Below are positions 1 through 9,944 of a stretch of 32,000 bases of DNA, one piece after another. The translations under genes and the position numbers were made by a program. How positions within the stretch are numbered: the stretch's first letter is position 1; each line of letters starts with the position of its first letter. The stretch covers positions 1-32,000 of the forward strand of contig CAZECW010000146.1 of assembly GCA_964510585.1 (NCBI GenBank). Reading direction: 5' to 3'. The notes under the pieces are model-generated. The model was not told the DNA's origin. It searched no databases and saw nothing but the letters and a program-made list of their open reading frames with translations. The DNA comes from an uncultured archaeon (GTDB lineage: Archaea; Asgardarchaeota; Jordiarchaeia; Jordiarchaeales; Jordiarchaeaceae).

Positions 1-139
1 CCCCCATGAGGGTGCCAACATAGACGCCGTTCCCTTGAGGGAAGGGCGTGTTAACTGGGTGATGGCACACCCATTGCTTCGAAGGCTCCCGATGAGCCAG
101 AAGCAAGAATCTCCCGACTTTAGTCGCGGAGAGTGTCAA
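1..139 (+). mobile_element. Right end of an IS200/IS605-family element (rest lies upstream of the window)
   Basis: Subterminal hairpin TCTCC-CGAC-TTTA-GTCG-C-GGAGA (110-132) preceded by GAA and followed by GTGTCAA, ending in TCAA (136-139). This is the typical IS605/IS1341-type right-end layout. The downstream sequence resumes mid-gene in a flavoprotein ORF. Confidence 0.75.
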
Positions 140-159
140 AAATCTCCACAAAAATAGAT
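24..159 (+). ncRNA. Putative TnpB omegaRNA/reRNA scaffold plus flanking guide segment
   Basis: Four consecutive hairpins: 24-49, 56-73, 74-106 and 110-132, ending at the IS right end. In TnpB elements the RNA overlapping the right end plus ~12-20 flanking nt forms the guide RNA. tnpB itself is not visible in the window. Confidence 0.5.
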
Positions 160-702
160 AAACTCAAAAACAAAGTAGGGGCAATAATCGCCATCGGGGG
201 AGCACCAGGAGCGGAAGGAACTATCATGCCCGCGCTCGCCAGTTTCTTCAGCTTCCTCGGAATCCCAGTCATAGACCAAATGCTTGTGTACTCTCACGGG
301 CCAGGAGAAATTCTACTCCACGAAGACGCCGTTGAAAAGGCAAACCAAATAGGAAGAGAACTCGTAGAAGCCCTCCAAGACAACCAAGCCAAAACCAAAT
401 ACATGGAAGGGGCTGGGGTTTGTCCAGTTTGTCACCAAAACTTCCTAGTCTTAAAGGATGGCGTTTTGGAGTGTGGTCTCTGCCACATCAAAGCAACCCC
501 CAAAATAGAGGGAGGCAAACTCATTCTGGAATTCGGCAAAACAGGATTGAAGAAGGGGGAAGAAATCCAGAGGGCAATAGCGGAACACATCGAAAATCTT
601 TCAGAGACAGGAGTAAAGTACATTAAGCTCAAGGATGAAATCGATAAAAGAAAAGAAAAATACAGAAACTTCCCAGTAAAAGAGGCGAAACCCCCATCCT
701 AG
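140..702 (+). pseudogene. 3' part of an NAD(P)H-dependent FMN reductase / iron-sulfur-flavoprotein-like gene with C-terminal CxxC...CxxC ribbon, interrupted by the IS
   Basis: KNKVGAIIAIGG is a mid-protein flavodoxin-fold strand and CPVCH...ECGLCH follows. The N-terminal FMN-binding part is absent, and the ORF-track GTG (133) lies inside the IS end. Confidence 0.6.
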
Positions 703-1244
703 AAGAAAATAGGGGCCAATTAAACACGATTTGCGATGGCAGCATCTCCTCATTTTACCCTAAGTTTAAAGCTGCAAATCTAGAACATTTGAATGATTTT
801 TGTGGAGGAGGCTGTTTGGAACACGTGTTCTCAAAACCTGAAGCAAGGAACCTCTGCAAAATCATTCAATAATACCCAACGACTCAACCTCCCAAAGTGA
901 TGAGGAAGGTCAAAAGGGCTGGGGAATATTCACAGAAGAATTTAAACCCTAAAAAGGGTGAAGAGGAGGTGAATTGAAGGCTTGCCACTGTAATAAGACT
1001 TTTATTAGAGGTTATACGTCTAATACTTTAAGACGTTTATTATTAAGTTATAGCATAGGCATTCTTGGAGGATGCGTTGAATGGGATGGAAACCAGTAAC
1101 AATATTAGAGTGCCTTTTTCCACTATTGTTTTCGATTTTGGTGGTGCAGAACCTCTCATCAACCTCTCCAGGAATGGAATATGAAGATTTTGGTGGCAAT
1201 TGCCTATGGCTGAGAAGATTTATGAGCAATGATGGGTAAGAGGG

Positions 1245-2135
1245 TTGAAAATGCATAGTAGAAGGAATACTAAGGGTATAATTGGGAGCTTACTGGGAAT
1301 CGTGGTGTCGATTGCGGGTTTTGTGTGGGTTACGACTGTCATAGTTTTTATGTCGGATCTTATGAGCTATGCGGCCCTGGTAAACTTTATAGCGGGTTTT
1401 CCTATCCCCTTTTTCGGCTTGTCTATTTACAATGGTCTAATCGTCGGCTTAGCGGTGCCCTACCCTAATTCAGTAAAGTGGCTTGTGGTGGTGTCAATTT
1501 TATTTGTGGTGCTCTTGGTTGAGTTCGGTGCTATGATGGGTCTAGGTTTTAGAAGTTATGGTCGGTCAGAGTTTTCGGCCTTCGGTGCTACTGTTATTCT
1601 CAAGAGGGGAATTGAAAGCTCGCTCTACTTGGCGTTTAGCTTAGTTGGAGCATTAATCGCTGGAGTTATAATCCTTGCTGGTGTGACACTCCGAAACACA
1701 ATTGTTTATAATTTTTTGAGGATACAAGGTTTAACAGAGATATTTACACCAATACGCATACCTGAGTTCCTGTGTGCTTGGGTTGGGCTGGCGGTTCTAG
1801 GCGTGGTGCTAATTGCACTGGGTGCTGCAACTGTACGTGTAAGGGATTTGGTTGACTGGAGGGACTTGGCTACAGTTGCTGGGGCATTAAGCATAATGGG
1901 CGGGGTGGTATTTGATCTACACCTCCTCGTAGGTATACTTTATTCTATGCAATTAGCTTCTTTCTGGAATCAGCTTTGGATAGCCTTGTTTTACCCTATG
2001 GGTGCCAGCATGACTAGTGCGGTTCTCAGTAGTTTTGAATTCTCCAGCATACTTTCAATAGTGGGCTTCGGTATTCTACTGGTGGTGTCAGTCCTCTGGA
2101 CAAGAATTTTCCTGGCCCCTACTTTCAACAAATAA
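1245..2135 (+). CDS. Uncharacterised ~6-TM membrane protein (paralog 1)
   Basis: 296-aa ORF with about six hydrophobic segments. Shares motifs with 2408-3271: VPYPNS/VPYPSN, WVGLAVLG/WLGLVCLG, ILSIVGFGILLVVSVLW/ILCIVGFSLLLVASILW. Confidence 0.8.
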   Translation: MKMHSRRNTKGIIGSLLGIVVSIAGFVWVTTVIVFMSDLMSYAALVNFIAGFPIPFFGLSIYNGLIVGLAVPYPNSVKWLVVVSILFVVLLVEFGAMMGLGFRSYGRSEFSAFGATVILKRGIESSLYLAFSLVGALIAGVIILAGVTLRNTIVYNFLRIQGLTEIFTPIRIPEFLCAWVGLAVLGVVLIALGAATVRVRDLVDWRDLATVAGALSIMGGVVFDLHLLVGILYSMQLASFWNQLWIALFYPMGASMTSAVLSSFEFSSILSIVGFGILLVVSVLWTRIFLAPTFNK

Positions 2136-2407
2136 ATAAATCCATTTTTTTCTCCTTAAGAAGAGAACAATTAATTTCTATAACAGAAATTTGGGGAAAC
2201 ATTGTATAACCATCCAAAAAATAGGTTTTCCTTTTTTATGGTCGCCTCTAAGATTAGGTTTTTAAGTATAAATCAGATAGATTTAAACCCAAAGGGTTTT
2301 CAGTGACCCGTTTAAAAAAAGGGTGTATTTTGGAGGATGGATTGGATGAAATGGCAGCTACATTCAATCAGTCTTTAAGCCCTTGATATAAAGAGTAAAG
2401 TTATGAG

Positions 2408-3271
2408 GTGGTTGGAAAAGTGTCGGGGAAAAAGGTTTCTAGTTTAATTGGGGGAATATCTGGTGCGGTTGCAGGAGGCGTAGGCATACTATGGTGTTTA
2501 CCGCTTTGGAACTTCATATTTGCCATCAACAATTACCATAATGCATTGACACTCTCTTGGACTTTTTTAGCCCCTTATCCTTCGACGACGTATTTGGCTT
2601 GCATAGGTTTAATATCAACTATAATGGTTCCGTATCCGTCAAACACTATGATTCTAATGTTCTCCTCCCTGTTAGCGGTACTATTGATTGTTTTTGGTGT
2701 TTTGACTGCACGTGGCTTTCACAGTTCATTTTTGGAAGGTGAGGACGCTTCCGGAACTTTTCTCGCGGTTGTGGGTTCTAGTTTCAGCGTAGTTTCGGGA
2801 ATACTTATCGTCTTGGGTTTTGTGTTGCAGAAAACTGTGTTTGAAATTAATTATTGGATTGCCTATGGGGTTATAGGGGTCACTCCGCTAAGACTTCCAG
2901 TAATCTCACTGGTTTGGCTGGGATTAGTCTGTCTAGGTATTGCCATGATTGGTCTGGGCTGGATAGGCATAAGCTACCGTGAGCGGCATGGTCAGAGGAT
3001 CCTTTATCTAGGTGGAGTTGCAAGCACTGTGGGAGGACTGGCTTTACTGCTTCACTTCCTTCTTCTAGTGTTCCTTCCCATCCATAACATATTCGTACCA
3101 GGATATTTCCAAACCGCAACTTTCGGAACTACACTACCAAATACAGTCTTAGAAGGAGTAATTATGGGATCAATACTTTCCCAAATCTTGTGCATAGTGG
3201 GATTCAGCCTATTGTTAGTGGCCTCCATTCTCTGGATACGGGCTTTCTCAGCCTCCAGCAAACATAAGTGA
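2408..3271 (+). CDS. Uncharacterised ~6-TM membrane protein (paralog 2)
   Basis: 287-aa hydrophobic ORF, colinear motifs with 1245-2135. Confidence 0.8.
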   Translation: MVGKVSGKKVSSLIGGISGAVAGGVGILWCLPLWNFIFAINNYHNALTLSWTFLAPYPSTTYLACIGLISTIMVPYPSNTMILMFSSLLAVLLIVFGVLTARGFHSSFLEGEDASGTFLAVVGSSFSVVSGILIVLGFVLQKTVFEINYWIAYGVIGVTPLRLPVISLVWLGLVCLGIAMIGLGWIGISYRERHGQRILYLGGVASTVGGLALLLHFLLLVFLPIHNIFVPGYFQTATFGTTLPNTVLEGVIMGSILSQILCIVGFSLLLVASILWIRAFSASSKHK

Positions 3272-3408
3272 TATTCCCCACTCCCACAATTTTTATCTTT
3301 TTTTGCTGGTTTAACTTGATTTCTTGTAAAGAGGGCGGGGTTTGTTTTAAATTTTTTCTTTGGGAGTTAGGTTTGTTGTGTTTTGACCTAGATTTTAGGT
3401 TGGGTAGT

Positions 3409-5409
3409 TTATTCTTGGAAGAATTCTTGTATCATTTTTTCTATGGTTATAAATGGGGAGTGGGAGCTTATGGGTATGGTTCTTTGGGCCAGCCAGGATG
3501 CTAACCGGCTTTGATTTGTGCGGTAGGTGTATCTGCTGTCGAGGAGTATTCCTATTGCGTAGTCATTTTTGTGTCTCCACACTCTGCCCAGTGATTGGTT
3601 TACTGCGTTGAATGCTTGGTCAAGGTACCATGTGGTGCCCATTCCCTTCTGTTTCTTTTCATAGTATTCTCTTTGCGCTTTTATTCGGGGGTCTTGAGTA
3701 TTGGGGTAGGGTACTCCAACGAGTATTGCTGCTCGGCCTGTTTCGTCTGGGAAGTTTAGTCCTTCGCTGAGTTTTCCCCTCACCACTGCGAATAGTACTG
3801 CCTTATTTTTAGAGGCTTCTTTGCAATACATGTCTGCAAGAACCGGTTTGCTTCCCCTAGTTTCGAAGAATGCTGGGACCTTCAATTCGTCTAGTATCCC
3901 GTTTTTTTCCCACAGCTCAAGCATGCTTTCCATAAGTTCATATGAGGGGAAGAAGACTATGGTTCCGTTTGGAATAACATTTACGAGTGCGGTTATGGTT
4001 TTTCCATAGTCGATTATGGTTTCTTTGTCTTCTCGAAGCTCGTATTTTGTGGTGAGTGCTTTTTTGTTTAGTCCTCGACTTATGCTGAGAATCAAAATAT
4101 TCTCCTCAGGTATTATTGTGGGGTAACTCTGTAGGAATGGGGCCTCAACTCCTAGTCTTTGCGCGGTTCCTTTTAGGGGTGAGAGAGTGCCGCTCGTTAG
4201 TATGACTGTTCTGGGATTTTCGCTTAAAATTTGGTCGAAGGCAATTTTGGGCTCTAAGCAGAGCCACTCCAATTGGGGGTTTTTCTTGTATCTCAGGTTC
4301 CATACTCCAACATAGAACTGTTCGCCGGACTGTAGGAAGTTTTCGAAGAAGTGGTACACCCAGTAGGTTCTCAGCCTATCCAGTATAATTATTCTTCCAC
4401 GTAGAGCTATTAATTCGCGCTGAATGTTTAAAATAATAGGCCAACTGTCAAGGAAGTTCTTTATCCGCTCCCTTGTTACTCCGTGTTCATTCATCTCATT
4501 TAGAATGAGTTCTCTGGTTAAAAGTTCCTCGTCTTTAAAATCTGCATGGTTAAAGAATCTGAGAAGGAAGGCAAGAAACATCTCAATGTCTGAAGCCCAT
4601 GGACGACTGACCTCTTTTATTTCGTCTAGAGCCTGTTCAACTGTGAGGTGGGATAGGGTGAAGGACACGGTGTCTTTTAGGAAATCTTCCATGTTATGCG
4701 CTTCGTCCAAAACCACTATCTGGTTCTGATAGTTAGAATCAATAAACAGGTAGTTGTAGGCCCCTATAACCACCTTGTAAATCTGGGCGAGTAGCCTCGC
4801 AAGATAGTAGGGGCACACCTTGTGTTCCAAGCCGTATTGAAGAAGGCTCTCTACACTAGCCAGAGTAGGCGCATCTTTGGGAATGATTGAGGGGATTTCA
4901 ATTTCCCCCATCTCAGATTTGCAGTAAAGATCCATCCCTGAAGGGAGACGCTCATTACTGGTCAGGTTGACCTCTGGTCGGGAGGAAGCGATTTCTACAA
5001 GGCTCCTATCATCCTCCAAGCTTCTAATCCGGGAAAGACAGGTTTCACTAGCATAAAAATAGTCATTGGAGCGTCTCAAATCCTCATCCAAGCAGAGCTG
5101 AACACGAGACCCCCTAACTACACCCGTTATACTGTGTCCCAGCTCGTTAATCTTTTCCAACTCGTAAGCAACCTGCCTCATCTGAGCGTGGGTTCTGGAG
5201 TAGTAGAAAACGCGGTAAGGGGTGCCAACAGTGGCCGCAAGTATGGCAATGGTTTTACCAAAGCCGGTGGGGGCCTCCAGAAAACCTATTCCCCCCTTCT
5301 CAACCAGTGATGCCACATCCCTCATGTACATTTCCTGCTGGGGATAAGGTGTGTAGGGAAAATAGGTTCTTATCTGTTCACTTATGCTTTTAGTGGCGTC
5401 TTCCTTCAA
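3409..5409 (-). CDS. XPD/Rad3/DinG-family Fe-S DNA helicase
   Basis: Q motif PYTPYPQQ, Walker A EAPTGFGKT, DEAH box, TSGTLSP, QSLGRVWRH motif VI, four Fe-S Cys including CPYY. Confidence 0.9.
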   Translation of the reverse strand: MKEDATKSISEQIRTYFPYTPYPQQEMYMRDVASLVEKGGIGFLEAPTGFGKTIAILAATVGTPYRVFYYSRTHAQMRQVAYELEKINELGHSITGVVRGSRVQLCLDEDLRRSNDYFYASETCLSRIRSLEDDRSLVEIASSRPEVNLTSNERLPSGMDLYCKSEMGEIEIPSIIPKDAPTLASVESLLQYGLEHKVCPYYLARLLAQIYKVVIGAYNYLFIDSNYQNQIVVLDEAHNMEDFLKDTVSFTLSHLTVEQALDEIKEVSRPWASDIEMFLAFLLRFFNHADFKDEELLTRELILNEMNEHGVTRERIKNFLDSWPIILNIQRELIALRGRIIILDRLRTYWVYHFFENFLQSGEQFYVGVWNLRYKKNPQLEWLCLEPKIAFDQILSENPRTVILTSGTLSPLKGTAQRLGVEAPFLQSYPTIIPEENILILSISRGLNKKALTTKYELREDKETIIDYGKTITALVNVIPNGTIVFFPSYELMESMLELWEKNGILDELKVPAFFETRGSKPVLADMYCKEASKNKAVLFAVVRGKLSEGLNFPDETGRAAILVGVPYPNTQDPRIKAQREYYEKKQKGMGTTWYLDQAFNAVNQSLGRVWRHKNDYAIGILLDSRYTYRTNQSRLASWLAQRTIPISSHSPFITIEKMIQEFFQE

Positions 5410-5530
5410 GAATAACCCTCAAAACAAATCTCAGTAGAACAAGATATAAGAATTACTATGACAAAATATACTACCTACATCTAAAAATAATTCCAGCCAA
5501 TTGGGTTGCTGGAATATTTGTTAGTTAAGG

Positions 5531-6478
5531 GTGTCTGTTTTGGAAAAGGTTTGTGTGGCTCTTGGAGGCAACGCTATTCTCAGGTACAAGGATAGGGGCA
5601 CTGCAGAGGAGCAGTTTGAAAATGTTAGAAAAACCGCCGAATACCTGGTACGCCTGATTAGGGATGGTTTCAAAATAATAATAACGCATGGAAACGGGCC
5701 CCAAGTGGGTGATATACTGATTCGAAATGAGAGATGTTCCGATATTTTGCCACCAATGCCTCTGGATGTGCTTGGAGCTGAGAGCCAAGGTATGATTGGA
5801 TATATGATTCAACAAGCGATGCGGAATGAGCTGAGAAGGGCAGGACTAGACATTCCCGTTATTACCATTGTGACGCAGGTGGTGGTTGATAAGAATGATC
5901 CAGCGTTTAAAAATCCTGAAAAGTTTGTGGGTCAATTTTACACAGTTTGGGAAGCTGAAAAAATGAAGAAAGAGAGGGGCTGGATTCTCAGGGATGATGC
6001 TGGTAGAGGTTACAGACGAGTTGTTCCCTCCCCTAAGCCAATATCCATAGTGGAGATCGACACCATAAAGAGGTTATATGACGAGGGGATTTTGGTTATA
6101 GCAGCAGGTGGGGGTGGGATACCTGTTGTGGTAGGTGAGGAAGGTAGACTTCAGGGAGTGGAGGCCGTAGTTGATAAAGATTTGAGCGCAGAAAGGCTGG
6201 CCACCAGCATTGGGGCGGATACACTATTAATTCTTACCGACGTGGAGGGTGTTGCCATAAACTTTAGAAAACCAAACCAGAAATTCCTTAAGGAGATGAG
6301 TATAGTTCAGGCAAGGGAATACTTGGAACAGGAACAGTTCGGAAGGGGAAGTATGAGACCTAAAATAGAGGCCGCGGTGAAATTCATAACAGAGGGAGGA
6401 AAAAGAGTAATAATATCGTCTTTGGAACAGGGAGAAAAGGCACTGAAAGGCGAGGCAGGAACACTAATCCACATTTAA
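5531..6478 (+). CDS. arcC: Carbamate kinase (carbamate kinase-like carbamoyl-phosphate synthetase)
   Basis: ALGGNA, THGNGPQVG, GAESQGMIGY, RRVVPSPKP, GGGGIPV, AVVDKD, GSMRPK. Confidence 0.95.
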   Translation: MSVLEKVCVALGGNAILRYKDRGTAEEQFENVRKTAEYLVRLIRDGFKIIITHGNGPQVGDILIRNERCSDILPPMPLDVLGAESQGMIGYMIQQAMRNELRRAGLDIPVITIVTQVVVDKNDPAFKNPEKFVGQFYTVWEAEKMKKERGWILRDDAGRGYRRVVPSPKPISIVEIDTIKRLYDEGILVIAAGGGGIPVVVGEEGRLQGVEAVVDKDLSAERLATSIGADTLLILTDVEGVAINFRKPNQKFLKEMSIVQAREYLEQEQFGRGSMRPKIEAAVKFITEGGKRVIISSLEQGEKALKGEAGTLIHI

Positions 6479-6555
6479 AAATCTAGAAGCAATAACTATT
6501 CTTAATCTCTCGACCAACAATCTACTTCTAAGAGAGAAGTGAGGAATATAATTTT

Positions 6556-7317
6556 TTATCCCAGAACGTATTTTAGTGTTAATAACAATGCTATTCCTAT
6601 TAGAAATATGGCTATGGATGCCAGTGACCTTTTTAAATTCCGTTCTTTGTGGAGTTCAGGGATTAGATCTGAACAAGCTATGTATATGAAACCCCCCGCT
6701 GCGAATGCCAAAACAGAGTATACGATGCGGGTGTAGTCTCCCGTTATCACAGTGTCTTTTAATAAAAAGTATGTGATGAGCGCCCCAACTATTGCTGTTA
6801 GGGCGGAGAGAAGATTGTAACCCAGGGCCTTAATCCTCCCAAATCCGCCATATACCAATACGCCGAAGTCTCCGATCTCTTGGGGTATCTCGTGTGCAAG
6901 AACTGCTAGTGTAACTACTGCCCCCAGGTTTATGTTTATCATGTAGCTAGCCGCTATAAGCACTCCGTCTATTAGGTTGTGTATTCCGTCGCCAATAAGG
7001 TTCAGGTAGGTGAATGGATGAATGTCGCAAACTCCTTCATGGCAGTGGCGCCAATAGATAACCCGCTCTAGCAGGAAGAAGGAAGCAAAGCCCACTACCA
7101 GTAAAATTGAGAAACTCAGAGGCTCTAGGTTTTCAACAGATTCGGGTAAAATGTGGAAAAAGGCTCCACCCATTAGGGCTCCAGCAGCAAAGGCTATTAG
7201 GAAAAAGAGGATCTTATCCAAAAAAGACCTATTAAAGGCTAGAGTGAAAATCCCCACCAGTGAAACTAAACTAACGATAACAGTACTTACAATAATAAAA
7301 GTTAAAGTGAAATACAT
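6556..7317 (-). CDS. ZIP-family divalent metal (zinc) transporter
   Basis: AFAAGALMGGAFFHILPE, HCH loop, GDGIHNLIDG, HEIPQEIGDF, YIACSDLIPELH. The ATG at 7317 is preferred over the ORF-track start at 7368. Confidence 0.92.
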   Translation of the reverse strand: MYFTLTFIIVSTVIVSLVSLVGIFTLAFNRSFLDKILFFLIAFAAGALMGGAFFHILPESVENLEPLSFSILLVVGFASFFLLERVIYWRHCHEGVCDIHPFTYLNLIGDGIHNLIDGVLIAASYMININLGAVVTLAVLAHEIPQEIGDFGVLVYGGFGRIKALGYNLLSALTAIVGALITYFLLKDTVITGDYTRIVYSVLAFAAGGFIYIACSDLIPELHKERNLKRSLASIAIFLIGIALLLTLKYVLG

Positions 7318-7462
7318 ACACAACCACCCAAACTGGCAAAACGTCATCACGGATTTTGAGGTTTTCATAGAGGAATTTAAAATTTTTCGGTAGCTATTTA
7401 CCGAAAAGCCAAACTACACTGTACTTTGTCTATTTTAAGAATACCCATTGCTTTTTCGGGTT

Positions 7463-8839
7463 TTAGCCCTTCTTCCCTACTTTTTGTATTATCCTGATGG
7501 CCTTTTCCACTGCTTCCTTTGCTGTTGGAGCCAATATTCTGACCATGGCTTCCTTGCCGATTCCACCGCGGTCAAATATAACATCGGGCACACGGCCTAT
7601 GGATGTAATTGCCCTGTTAACGCCCCACGGCAAACTTTTGCCTTCCTGCTCTTTAATCTCCGCTGGCTCTTCGTCTCTATTAAAAGTGGAAACTACCAGA
7701 TCCAGTTCTACGCAAGCATTGATTATTTCCTCAGAATACTTTATGTTAACCGCAGCTCTCATGGTTGGGTCGTGTTCCATCACTGCCAGGATGATTCTCG
7801 CTATGTGGCTGGAGGAGCCGAATTTGATGCATCCTAAGGGCTTCGCCCGTCCGTGATAATTCATTATTCTCCCATCCACCGCTGCTATGTCCCCTACGTC
7901 TTTAGCATTTGGTAAAGCCATACCCACGTTTGTCCTCACCTCTGGAATGAATTCTCCAAAATTGGGTGAGGATTCCATCATTGCTACTGCTGCGTCCAAA
8001 TCTTGGACAACCCTCCACTTCTCAGCATCTATTTCAAGCCAATAAGTAGGGTTAACTGGTTTTCTTCCTCCTCCCACCATTACTGGATGCCCAACCGCCT
8101 CATCAATAAATTTCTCCGCGTGGAACACTGCGTCTGCTGGCTCGCAGCCTTTAGCTATGTATGCTGCTATAGCTGCAGAAAAGCTGCAGCCGCTTCCGTG
8201 AGTTCCGGGTTCTTCGATTCTGGACTTCTCAAAAAGTTTTATCTTTCCTCCGCAAAACATTACGTCCACTACGGTTTTACCGGTGGCTTCCAAGTGTCCT
8301 CCCTTAATCACCACCACCTCTGGGCCGAGGGTTGAAATGACACGCGCCGCCTCCTCCATATCTTTAACCGAGTTAATCATAGTATCAGCTATTACCGAGG
8401 CTTCAGTAACATTTGGGGTAACCACTTGGGATAAGGGAATGAGATTTTTTACAATCATTTTTTCAGCAGCCGGAGTAACCAGCCTGTCGCCAGAGCCCGC
8501 CCAGATTACGGGGTCCACCACCAAGGGAAAGCCATGTTCATTTATTTCATTGCAGACCAGCTTTATTACTTCTGGTTCATAAAGCATCCCAGTCTTAGCT
8601 GCGTCCACTTCTATATCGTCGGCTACCACATCGATTTGAGCCATTACAATTTCTGGGGGAATGGGGTGGATGTCTCGCACAAATAAGGTATTCTGGGCGG
8701 TAATTGCTGTGATGGCGCAAGTTCCGTGAACACCTAGTGCCGCAAAAGTTTTTAGATCAGCCTGGATTCCTGCGCCTCCACCAGAATCTGAACCCGCAAT
8801 TGTTAGGGCTACGGGAAACTTCAAAGCCACAGCCTCCAA
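7463..8839 (-). CDS. thiD: Bifunctional HMP/HMP-P kinase - thiamine-phosphate synthase ThiDN
   Basis: [28 protein letters not shown] (ThiD). C-terminal [30 protein letters not shown] (archaeal ThiN). Confidence 0.95.
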   Translation of the reverse strand: MEAVALKFPVALTIAGSDSGGGAGIQADLKTFAALGVHGTCAITAITAQNTLFVRDIHPIPPEIVMAQIDVVADDIEVDAAKTGMLYEPEVIKLVCNEINEHGFPLVVDPVIWAGSGDRLVTPAAEKMIVKNLIPLSQVVTPNVTEASVIADTMINSVKDMEEAARVISTLGPEVVVIKGGHLEATGKTVVDVMFCGGKIKLFEKSRIEEPGTHGSGCSFSAAIAAYIAKGCEPADAVFHAEKFIDEAVGHPVMVGGGRKPVNPTYWLEIDAEKWRVVQDLDAAVAMMESSPNFGEFIPEVRTNVGMALPNAKDVGDIAAVDGRIMNYHGRAKPLGCIKFGSSSHIARIILAVMEHDPTMRAAVNIKYSEEIINACVELDLVVSTFNRDEEPAEIKEQEGKSLPWGVNRAITSIGRVPDVIFDRGGIGKEAMVRILAPTAKEAVEKAIRIIQKVGKKG

Positions 8840-9173
8840 AAAGAGCTATTTTTGAAGTAGAAAACGTAGTTGAAACTATTAAATCTATGGCAGAACGTTG
8901 GAATAGCGTTATGAAAATTTGTGATTATCAATTTTAAGTTACACCTCATATTTGTTCACCGACTATTCCTTTTAGGAAGTTTGTTGGAGCTGTGGAATCC
9001 TTCTATTTCTCCTATTTTTAGGGAAGCAATGCTTCAAGTATAAGGGCTCTGAGTGAAGGTGAATCGTGGGGTTTTGGTCGTCTGTTTTTATGCGATATTA
9101 CTTTTATAAGTGGGGGGTATGTTCCTTATTTTGAGGATGACGCTAAAATAGTTGTAAAGGTGTTGAACTGGTA

Positions 9174-9944
9174 TTGCTTATAATTTTCTGTGGTGTACCG
9201 AGCATCGGAAAAACTCTGATTGCAAGAAGGCTGGCAATTGAACTTGAGAAATGTGGCTATCCCACTGTTGTTGTGGGGTCAGACGACATTCGTCGACTTG
9301 TTCCCGCACATGTTGAGATGTTCAACCCACAGCGGGAAGAGTTCATAAGGGAAACAACACTACACATGATAGATTATTTTCTTAGTAAGGGAAAAACGGT
9401 AATCAGTGATGATACAAACTATTACAATGCAATGCGGCGAGACCTTATAAAAATCGCAGAGAAAAACAAAACGGATTATGCCATAGTCTACATATACGCC
9501 CCCCTGGAGCTTGCCCTAAAGTGGAATAGGGAACGGGGAGAGCCCATACCCTCCGAGGTGATAAATAGGATCCATGACAGATTCGATGTTCCCGGTAAAA
9601 AGTATAAGTGGGATCAGCCTATTGCCATTATTGACAGATCCAAGGAATCAGTGGAAGATTCTGTTAAAATAATTCTCCAGAAACTCAAAGAAGGGAAACC
9701 TCAAAAGAGCGGTAAGCCCCAAGTCTTGTATAAGGCGGGCAAATCTGAAGAAATCGACCAACTTACACGCAGAATCGCTGGAAAAATTTTGGAGGAAAAA
9801 GGCGACAAGATGCTGGCCCGGCGAATAAGCGCTTTGAGAAAGGGTTTTGTTAGGGAAGCGGTTGAGAAGAATTTAACTCTGGAACAGGCTGAGAAGGAGT
9901 TCGTCAAGAAGGTAAAGAGTGTGATCAATGGTGAAAATTTCTGA
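9174..9944 (+). CDS. pstK: O-phosphoseryl-tRNA(Sec) kinase
   Basis: P-loop [49 protein letters not shown] as in methanococcal PSTK. selB, SepSecS and tRNA-Sec are nearby. Confidence 0.88.
   Translation: MLIIFCGVPSIGKTLIARRLAIELEKCGYPTVVVGSDDIRRLVPAHVEMFNPQREEFIRETTLHMIDYFLSKGKTVISDDTNYYNAMRRDLIKIAEKNKTDYAIVYIYAPLELALKWNRERGEPIPSEVINRIHDRFDVPGKKYKWDQPIAIIDRSKESVEDSVKIILQKLKEGKPQKSGKPQVLYKAGKSEEIDQLTRRIAGKILEEKGDKMLARRISALRKGFVREAVEKNLTLEQAEKEFVKKVKSVINGENF

Noticed and set aside
796-807. 12-nt match (minus strand CTCCACAAAAAT) to the putative TnpB guide region 144-155
   Set aside because: The first four guide positions (seed) do not match and the match is short and A-rich; most likely chance.
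897-903. C-box-like GTGATGA here (and on the minus strand upstream of hdrA)
   Set aside because: No D-box (CTGA) at a suitable distance, so not called as C/D sRNAs.
1081-1239. Short ORFs upstream of membrane paralog 1, including one extendable through a TGA
   Set aside because: No redox motif, no recognisable homology and no SECIS.
8840-9173. Possible TPP riboswitch upstream of thiDN
   Set aside because: The conserved TPP aptamer motifs were not found on the minus strand.
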